64,000 nucleotides of DNA. Source: Chitinophagaceae bacterium. GTDB taxonomy: Bacteria > Bacteroidota > Bacteroidia > Chitinophagales > Chitinophagaceae. This document shows, piece by piece, positions 58,412-64,000 of this stretch; positions within the stretch are counted from its first letter, which is position 1; each line of letters opens with the position of its first letter. The notes beneath the pieces were generated by a model, which had not been told where the DNA came from, ran no database searches, and saw only the letters and a list, made by a program, of their open reading frames with translations. The translations under genes were made by a program, and so were the position numbers. The DNA lies in assembly GCA_031371545.1 (NCBI GenBank), contig JANMJU010000026.1:1337-65336 (forward strand), read 5' to 3'.

Positions 58412-59782
58412 TTACTGTATTGTCAGGTTGCCTGCAATTCTGAATTGTTTATCATTTTGAACAGTTATTTTACTGCCTGGCGAAATGGTTTGCAAAGTAT
58501 TCAGCACACATTCGCCGGATACCGAAGGCCTGATTACAATTTCTGAACCGGCAGGAAGGGTGGCCGGTGGAATTGTTTTATTAGACCAGTTGTTAGCCAC
58601 ATCCCAATTGCCATTTCCTGTAAAAGTATATTGTATAGCTCCATTGGAAACAACCCTGTAAAGCGTACCATTATTCAGGCAGGTAACATACAACTCACCA
58701 TCTTCTGTTTCACCAAAATTGGATATGCCGGCTGGTGTTATTACCTGCGATGAGGTATCATAAATATGCGTAACGGGATCATATTTTATTTTATAAAAAA
58801 CAGCGGAATAATAATCGCTTGCCAGGTAATAACCCCTCAGGCCAATATAGGTTTCTCCCCTGTAAACGGTACCACCGGTTACAGCAACACTTACATTACC
58901 AACAGGATCAGGATAGGTAAATATAGGGAAGGTATAATTTGAAATGGGGCCACAGCCGGACGTGTTGAAGCTGTTGTTTCCTTCATAACAGCGCCAGCCA
59001 AAATTGCTTCCTTTTATATCGCCAGCCAGCCGGTGATTGATCTCTTCAAAAGAATCCTGCCCCACATCGCCAATCCACATATCATTTGTCAACCTGTCAA
59101 AACTCCAGCGGAAAGGGTTCCTTAATCCATAGGCATATACTTCATTGCCAAAAGGATTGTCTGCAGGAACGGTATAGTAAGGAGCCGTAAGGGAAGTGTT
59201 GACATTAAGCCGCAATATTTTTCCTAACAGTACAGCGGTGTTTTGTGCATTGCCGGGCACATCTCCGCCCCCGCCGCCATCACCTGTTGAAAGATATAAA
59301 AACCCATCTGCCCCAAAATGTAAAGTGCCGCCATTGTGGTTGGTATTGGTGGGGTGAGGGATGGTAATTACCACTGCTTTTGAATTGGCATCGGCCACAT
59401 TGGGGTTGGCACTTACCTTATATCTTGCCAGCTCAAGATCACCATTGGCATTGGTATAATAAACATAGAAAAAACCATTGTTGACATAATCAGGATGAAA
59501 AGCCATACTGAGCAAACCCCTTTCTCCAGCAGTAGTAATGCCTGCAACAGTAAGAAAAGTACCCAATGAAATATACGACCTGTCAAACACCCTTACAGAG
59601 CCAAATTTTTGAGGTATAAATATCCTGTTGGTATTATCGCCGGCATGTACTACCTGCATAGGGGCTGCAAGGCCGGTAATTACAGAGGTCAATGACAATA
59701 CCGGCTGAGCCATTGTATTATTTACAAGTAATACTAAAAAGAGGAAGGCTGAGCGTAATGTTCTTTTCATTTTTCTTTTCAT
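58412..59782 (-). CDS. PQQ-dependent sugar (glucose/sorbosone) dehydrogenase-like beta-propeller with extra C-terminal domain
   Basis: GERGLLSMAFHPDY, NHNGGTLHFGADGFLY, YAYGLRNPFRWSFD and DVGQDSFEEIN motifs. Start taken at ATG 59782 (MKRKMKRTL... signal peptide) rather than 59890. Confidence 0.78.
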   Translation of the reverse strand: MKRKMKRTLRSAFLFLVLLVNNTMAQPVLSLTSVITGLAAPMQVVHAGDNTNRIFIPQKFGSVRVFDRSYISLGTFLTVAGITTAGERGLLSMAFHPDYVNNGFFYVYYTNANGDLELARYKVSANPNVADANSKAVVITIPHPTNTNHNGGTLHFGADGFLYLSTGDGGGGGDVPGNAQNTAVLLGKILRLNVNTSLTAPYYTVPADNPFGNEVYAYGLRNPFRWSFDRLTNDMWIGDVGQDSFEEINHRLAGDIKGSNFGWRCYEGNNSFNTSGCGPISNYTFPIFTYPDPVGNVSVAVTGGTVYRGETYIGLRGYYLASDYYSAVFYKIKYDPVTHIYDTSSQVITPAGISNFGETEDGELYVTCLNNGTLYRVVSNGAIQYTFTGNGNWDVANNWSNKTIPPATLPAGSEIVIRPSVSGECVLNTLQTISPGSKITVQNDKQFRIAGNLTIQ

Positions 59783-59971
59783 TTTAGTTTTGCAGGATGT
59801 AATATGGAAGGGTTGCGTAAGGTACAAAAAAGAGGATAAAATGATACCCGGTTTTGGTTCCTGTTCCCTGCCTGTACTAAGAAAAATCAATACGCCGTTG
59901 CTGTTGGTTTGGTTGTCTTGCTGAATTTTTTTACAACAATAAAAAAACTGCGGTGGTAATTTCCCGAAAGT

Positions 59972-60400
59972 TTAGCTGCTGTGGTCTTTTACAATTACCC
60001 ATTTGTTTTTAATCTTTCTTAGCAGCAATGTAAATGCCCCGTTAAGGTTGCCGATGGTTCTTGTTAAATGCCATTTGCCCACCACAAAAAAATAATTTAC
60101 CGACAGCCGTTTTATCTCGATGTATTCAAAATTCAGTTTGCCCATTACGGCTGTATCAGGATAACCTTTTTTATAATTCTCCAGCGTATTTTGCCAGCCA
60201 TAAGTAACACCGCTTTTACCAATAAACATCAGCGAATCATTTTTCCAGTATCCATCCATAAAGCCTTCTATATCTCCTTTGTTCCAGGCTTCATCCTGCT
60301 GTTGCAATATTTTGCGGACGGCCTGCTCTTCTTTTGTTTGGGCAGCAATGGTTGCTCCAAAAAGAAAAACTGTAAAGAGTAAAAGAAATATCTTTTTCAT
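59972..60400 (-). CDS. SnoaL-like / DUF4440 (NTF2 fold) exported protein
   Basis: Signal peptide, then ILQQQDEAWNKGDIEGFMDGYW, typical of the NTF2-like family. Confidence 0.6.
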   Translation of the reverse strand: MKKIFLLLFTVFLFGATIAAQTKEEQAVRKILQQQDEAWNKGDIEGFMDGYWKNDSLMFIGKSGVTYGWQNTLENYKKGYPDTAVMGKLNFEYIEIKRLSVNYFFVVGKWHLTRTIGNLNGAFTLLLRKIKNKWVIVKDHSS

Positions 60401-60477
60401 GCAGCGTAAAATTTTATCATTACAAGATAGTAAAATATTGACTCTGGATATTTGAAAAAAATAGGGAGGTTTTTATT

Positions 60478-60511
60478 CCCTCTATTGGCGCAAGCGTCCG
60501 CTTGTGCCTTA
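60478..60511 (+). repeat. REP-like palindromic element, copy 1 (upstream of the RAYT gene)
   Basis: CCCTCTATTGGCGCAAGCGTCCGCTTGTGCCTTA. Imperfect hairpin GGCGCAAGC/GCTTGTGCC. The 26-nt core is identical in all three copies. Confidence 0.8.
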
Positions 60512-60595
60512 CAACAAAAAGAGCAATTGGTTTAAGTATCTAATTCTTGTCACATAAGAATCGCCTGCTTTCAAAAGTTTTTGTAACTTCCTTAC

Positions 60596-61141
60596 ATGAG
60601 CCGCAAATACAAATTTTGGGATAGCCAGAAAATGTACTTTATCAGTTTTGCCACAGTACATTGGATAGACGTTTTTACAAGAAATGAATACAAAGATGAA
60701 TTAATAAAATGCTGGCAATACTGCCAGGAAAAGAAAGGATTGGAAATATATGCCTGGTGCATTATGCCAAGCCATGTGCACCTGCTGATAAGCAGCCATG
60801 ATAAAACTTTAGAAGATATTGTAAGAGACATGAAAAGCCATACATCATCAAGGATGAAGGCATTAATAAAAGAACATCCACAAGAAAGCAGAAGAGAATG
60901 GATGGTATGGATGTTGGAAAGAGCAGGCAGGAAAAACGGCAACAACAGAGACTGGCAGTTTTGGCAACAACATAATCAGCCAATAGAAATTGTAAATCAA
61001 AAAATGTATGTTGAGATTGTTTGGTATATTCATCAAAATCCAGTGGTAAGTGGTTTTGTGTATGAAGCAGAACAATGGATATACAGCAGTGCCAAAGGCT
61101 ATGCAAAGAATGATGGTATAATAAAGCTGGCCGAGTACTGA
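60596..61141 (+). CDS. REP-associated tyrosine transposase (RAYT; IS200/IS605 Y1 HUH family)
   Basis: 181 aa. HUH motif in MPSHVHLLIS and catalytic Tyr context VWYIHQNPV. Flanked by inverted REP copies. Confidence 0.82.
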   Translation: MSRKYKFWDSQKMYFISFATVHWIDVFTRNEYKDELIKCWQYCQEKKGLEIYAWCIMPSHVHLLISSHDKTLEDIVRDMKSHTSSRMKALIKEHPQESRREWMVWMLERAGRKNGNNRDWQFWQQHNQPIEIVNQKMYVEIVWYIHQNPVVSGFVYEAEQWIYSSAKGYAKNDGIIKLAEY

Positions 61142-61155
61142 GTGGATAGTTTATA

Positions 61156-61187
61156 AAGCACAAGCGGACGCTTGCGCCAATAGGGGG
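61156..61187 (-). repeat. REP-like palindromic element, copy 2 (inverted, 15 bp after the RAYT stop)
   Basis: AAAGCACAAGCGGACGCTTGCGCCAATAGGGGG is the reverse complement of the copy 1 and copy 3 core. Confidence 0.8.
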
Positions 61188-61343
61188 ACCTACCATATCA
61201 ACCTAATAAAACAAGCTGTACGTTATGCGGTCAAGGGCCCCATGGCTATAATGATGTGATGACAGATGGAAAAAATAATCCTATGAATATTATTACTCAT
61301 ACAACCGTTTATAACCCAAAAACCAAAACAACATCTGTAAAAA

Positions 61344-61871
61344 ATGACACACTACCAGTTCCGAAATTATAAGCAAATAATTTTTCTTTTTTTACTTTTT
61401 GGGTGCAATCCCGGTTCTTCTTCCAAAGGCAGACCATTTGAAGAAGAGTATTATTCTAATGGACACTTAAAAGGATTAGCACTTCCACGAAGTGATGGTG
61501 CTGTTCAGATTTTCAGTTTTGATACATTAGGCAATTGCACAGATTTGCTGACATCTAAAAATAGACAGATGGAAGGCGAACAACTATGGTTTTATCCCAA
61601 TGGTTTTTTAAAACAAAAAACAGGTTATAAAGAGGGAAAACCAGATGGGTTTTTATATCAATATTATTCAAGTGGTGCAATAAAAAGTAGTAGATTTTTA
61701 AGAAATGGAATAGAAAAGGAATTTGGGCTAGAATATTACGATACCCATATTGGAATTACCAAAGCCACGGTCTATATTAATGATAGTGGTATGATTTACT
61801 TTAAACAAAACTTTGATAGTTCAGGTAACTTATTAAGTGAGGAAGGGCAAAAGCCTAAATCTTTAAAATAG
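61344..61871 (+). CDS. MORN-variant repeat (YwqK-like) lipoprotein
   Basis: Lipobox LLFGC. Repeats of the type YYSNGHLKG, FYPNGFLKQKTGYKEGKPDG and YYSSGAIKS. Confidence 0.65.
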   Translation: MTHYQFRNYKQIIFLFLLFGCNPGSSSKGRPFEEEYYSNGHLKGLALPRSDGAVQIFSFDTLGNCTDLLTSKNRQMEGEQLWFYPNGFLKQKTGYKEGKPDGFLYQYYSSGAIKSSRFLRNGIEKEFGLEYYDTHIGITKATVYINDSGMIYFKQNFDSSGNLLSEEGQKPKSLK

Positions 61872-62026
61872 CCTTATTTCCAGCAACGTCTCTCAACGAG
61901 CCATGAGCAGAGCCGAGGACGTTGTGCCAATAGGAAAAGAAATTTGAATATTAATAACCCAACTCCGGCAAACGCAACGTCCTTGCTATCACACAAAGCC
62001 AAGAGAAGAGACGTTGCTAGGAATAA

Positions 62027-62356
62027 AATAAAATAAGGGTTGAGAAAAATATTTCACAGCAAGAGCTTGCTGATATTGTAGGCATACACTCCACCCATGT
62101 AAGCCGCTATGAACGCAACATGGCGCAACCCTCCGTTGAGATTGCTAAAAAAATGGCGGAAGCTTTAAATGTTTCTGTTGATACCTTAATTTATGGGGCT
62201 ACGGATGAGAAGGCTAAAAATAATTTGAAGGATGCTGATTTACTTAACATGTTTACCAAAGTGCAGGCACTCGATAAAACCGATGTGGTTACTGTTAAAA
62301 ACTTACTCAAAGCTTTTATTTTTCAAAAAGAAACACAGCAAAGGCTGGCACAATAA
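62027..62356 (+). pseudogene. XRE-family helix-turn-helix regulator, apparently 5'-truncated
   Basis: The frame of track ORF 62120-62356 is open back to 62027 and reads NKIRVEKNISQQELADIVGIHSTHVSRYERN, an HTH_3 motif. There is no ATG/GTG/TTG before 62120 and helix 1 is incomplete. A stop lies at 62024 next to a palindromic repeat. Confidence 0.5.
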
Positions 62357-62406
62357 AAATTTATTACTGGTGGCGCCGGGCTCTCATTGTCAATGAAGAT
62401 TATTAA

Positions 62407-63222
62407 TTATTCTTTCTCATAAACCAACTTAATATTACTTTCCTGATAAGTACTTTTATCTTTCAAAGAATCGTATTGACTTCCAAAAATTTTAATAGTT
62501 AATATACTATCGGATAATCTTTCTTTTTTAGAATAATAAGGTAGCCCTGCGATGCTATCAGTTCGTGTAATAAATCCGTTTTTAGATACATAATCAATCT
62601 TAACTAAACTGCGGCATTTAGGCGGATTTGAAATAACAATTTGCACATCATAAGAACGCTCATGCTCCTTGTCGAGGCTATCATTATATGCATGGATAGA
62701 ATCAATAAATATATTCTGTCTTTCATCTTTTATTATTCTGCCTGACAAACTATCGTATTCGATAAAGTTTATATTGTGTCCTTTAAAATCATAGAAATTA
62801 TAAATAATACTTTTACTGCCTGTATTATTATAAGCATAACTATCCCCAAGTTGTAAATCATTTATGAAAAATATTTTACTTTTTAAACCACCATTTTCAA
62901 TGAACTCATAAAAGAAATTATTTGAAAGCCCTCTATTGTAATTAATAATTTGATAGACATTCCCATTTTGAAAATAAAAAATTGTCTGTCCGTGCAATAT
63001 ACCGGAAGAGTCATAAACCATTAATGAAGAACGTTTGCCATTTTCAAAAAAATTATTAATAGTGTCAATTGGTATAGTGTCATGAATATAATATCCATAA
63101 CTTTTAAGTTCCCCCGAAGGATAATATTTCTTAATCAATTTTACTCCTTCGTTTCTAACGCATCCATAAAAGTATCCTACACATAAAATTGACAATACTA
63201 TTAGGTTTCTTTTTTTTGACAT
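62407..63222 (-). CDS. MORN-variant repeat (YwqK-like) lipoprotein
   Basis: Lipobox-like YFYGC. Repeats KKYYPSGELKSYGYY, FFENGKRSS, FYFQNGNVYQIINY and FIENGGLKSK. Confidence 0.6.
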   Translation of the reverse strand: MSKKRNLIVLSILCVGYFYGCVRNEGVKLIKKYYPSGELKSYGYYIHDTIPIDTINNFFENGKRSSLMVYDSSGILHGQTIFYFQNGNVYQIINYNRGLSNNFFYEFIENGGLKSKIFFINDLQLGDSYAYNNTGSKSIIYNFYDFKGHNINFIEYDSLSGRIIKDERQNIFIDSIHAYNDSLDKEHERSYDVQIVISNPPKCRSLVKIDYVSKNGFITRTDSIAGLPYYSKKERLSDSILTIKIFGSQYDSLKDKSTYQESNIKLVYEKE

Positions 63223-63286
63223 GGGTTAATACTTTACTTTACGTGGTTTGATAGGAACCAACACTTGCTTGTATGTTCTTGTGGTA

Positions 63287-63320
63287 CCCCCTATTGGCGC
63301 AAGCGTCCGCTTGTGCCTTA
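63287..63320 (+). repeat. REP-like palindromic element, copy 3
   Basis: CCCCCTATTGGCGCAAGCGTCCGCTTGTGCCTTA lies in the intergenic space between the MORN gene and the MerC-like gene. Confidence 0.8.
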
Positions 63321-63360
63321 ATAAGAATAGCAAACTAAAATTAATAAAATCTACCAGCTT

Positions 63361-63750
63361 TTAATGCCGATGATGTGGTGATGAACATTTGCTTTGGTGA
63401 CAAAGCCGGTAATTATAATAATGTGCACTGATGATCAATACCACAGCCGGTGCAAGCAACCAATTTTCGATGGGATGAAAAAATTGTTTCAGCACCAGGA
63501 AAAAAAACCCGGCAGCAAAAATAAAAATTGGGGCAAATGAACGATGGTGTTTTACAAAACCATGAAACAGAGAATAAGAGCCCACAATAAATGCCAGCGC
63601 AATCATGCCCCACTCAAAAAAAGCATTGTGAATAATATTGATACCAAACAAAGGCAGGCTGCTTACCATCACTGGCAGCAGGGCACAGTGAATGGCACAG
63701 GCCACCGAAGCAGCAATACCCATCATATCCCAATTAACTTTTCTTGACAT
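63361..63750 (-). CDS. MerC-domain membrane protein
   Basis: AASVACAIHCALLPV Cys-x-x-x-Cys context in the first helix and four hydrophobic helices. ATG 63750 is preferred over 63792. Confidence 0.6.
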   Translation of the reverse strand: MSRKVNWDMMGIAASVACAIHCALLPVMVSSLPLFGINIIHNAFFEWGMIALAFIVGSYSLFHGFVKHHRSFAPIFIFAAGFFFLVLKQFFHPIENWLLAPAVVLIISAHYYNYRLCHQSKCSSPHHRH

Positions 63751-63870
63751 TTTCAGCACCGCAAATATAGTATATTTGCAATGCTGTTGCAACTATTTTA
63801 AACAGGCTTTCTCCTGCACACAATTGCATTGAGAGCATCTTTACCAGTAGCTTTACAAAAAAATTGGATA

Positions 63871-64000
63871 ATGAAAAATAAATGGGTTTGGTACGTTGGA
63901 TTCTTTGTGCTGCTTTTTGCCGGGTATTTTGTTTTTGTTTTTTCGCAAACAGATATTTCTCAATCCAATCTCCCGGTGATTAATAATAATGTGCAGCCTT
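63871..64000 (+). CDS. Partial ORF (N-terminus only), membrane-anchored; possibly SCO/thioredoxin-like
   Basis: MKNKWVWYVGFFVLLFAGYFVFVFSQ... runs off the window. The family guess rests only on the anchor-plus-linker pattern and the MerC neighbour. Confidence 0.3.
   Translation, partial: MKNKWVWYVGFFVLLFAGYFVFVFSQTDISQSNLPVINNNVQP

Noticed and set aside
60592-61196. Two minus-strand ORFs (117 and 144 aa) overlapping the RAYT gene
   Set aside because: The plus-strand frame carries the HUH and Tyr motifs. The minus-strand ORFs are shadows, and one even runs through the REP element.
61283-61372. 29-codon ORF (MNIITHTTVYNPKTKTTSVKNDTLPVPKL) overlapping the start of the MORN lipoprotein gene
   Set aside because: It overlaps the better-supported lipoprotein ORF (61344-61871) in another frame, is short and has no features.
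1-64000. Scan for CRISPR arrays, rRNA genes, integrases, phage structural genes, restriction-modification or other recognisable defence genes
   Set aside because: I found no regularly spaced direct repeats, no rRNA-like conserved stretches, and no integrase, recombinase, nuclease or methylase motifs. The only mobile-element signature is the RAYT/REP set.

Overview
AT-rich 64-kb chromosomal segment with clear Bacteroidota hallmarks: a SusC/SusD pair under ECF-sigma/FecR control, a UpxY-type NusG paralog, and TAnnTTTG-type -7 promoter motifs. I can support about 60 protein-coding genes, one tRNA(CAT), four good intrinsic terminators, one REP-associated tyrosine transposase (RAYT) and three copies of its REP hairpin. 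I saw no rRNA, CRISPR array or prophage. Most genes are housekeeping: purF, adk, msrB, mnmG, ybeY, nadD, nadA, mtgA, thiL, recA, a paaZ-crotonase pair, dctA, chrA, a PpiD-like chaperone and a DEAD-box helicase. The left end (1-9109) is a polysaccharide-utilisation-type locus. The most unusual region is 27.1-33.5 kb. It holds a NusG-paralog gene, a 672-bp leader, two D-Ala-D-Ala-ligase-type ATP-grasp enzymes (the second fused to a SET methyltransferase domain), an ABC-exporter membrane domain with no ATPase, and two tandem paralogous 61-62-aa basic micro-proteins with their own promoter. I read this as a candidate undescribed peptide-modification (RiPP-like) system, but that is inference only. 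Other notable points are a RAYT flanked by inverted REP hairpins with a third copy 2 kb away, nested palindromes abutting a 5'-truncated XRE gene, and a DnaA-box-like cluster in the 676-bp nadA/ppiD intergenic region (weak oriC candidate). Two genes are broken by single-base homopolymer deletions, which probably reflects assembly error. There is also an unlisted 41-aa lipoprotein gene and an extended SDR with no YxxxK motif. All calls rest on reading the sequence and ORF translations by eye; no database search was run.
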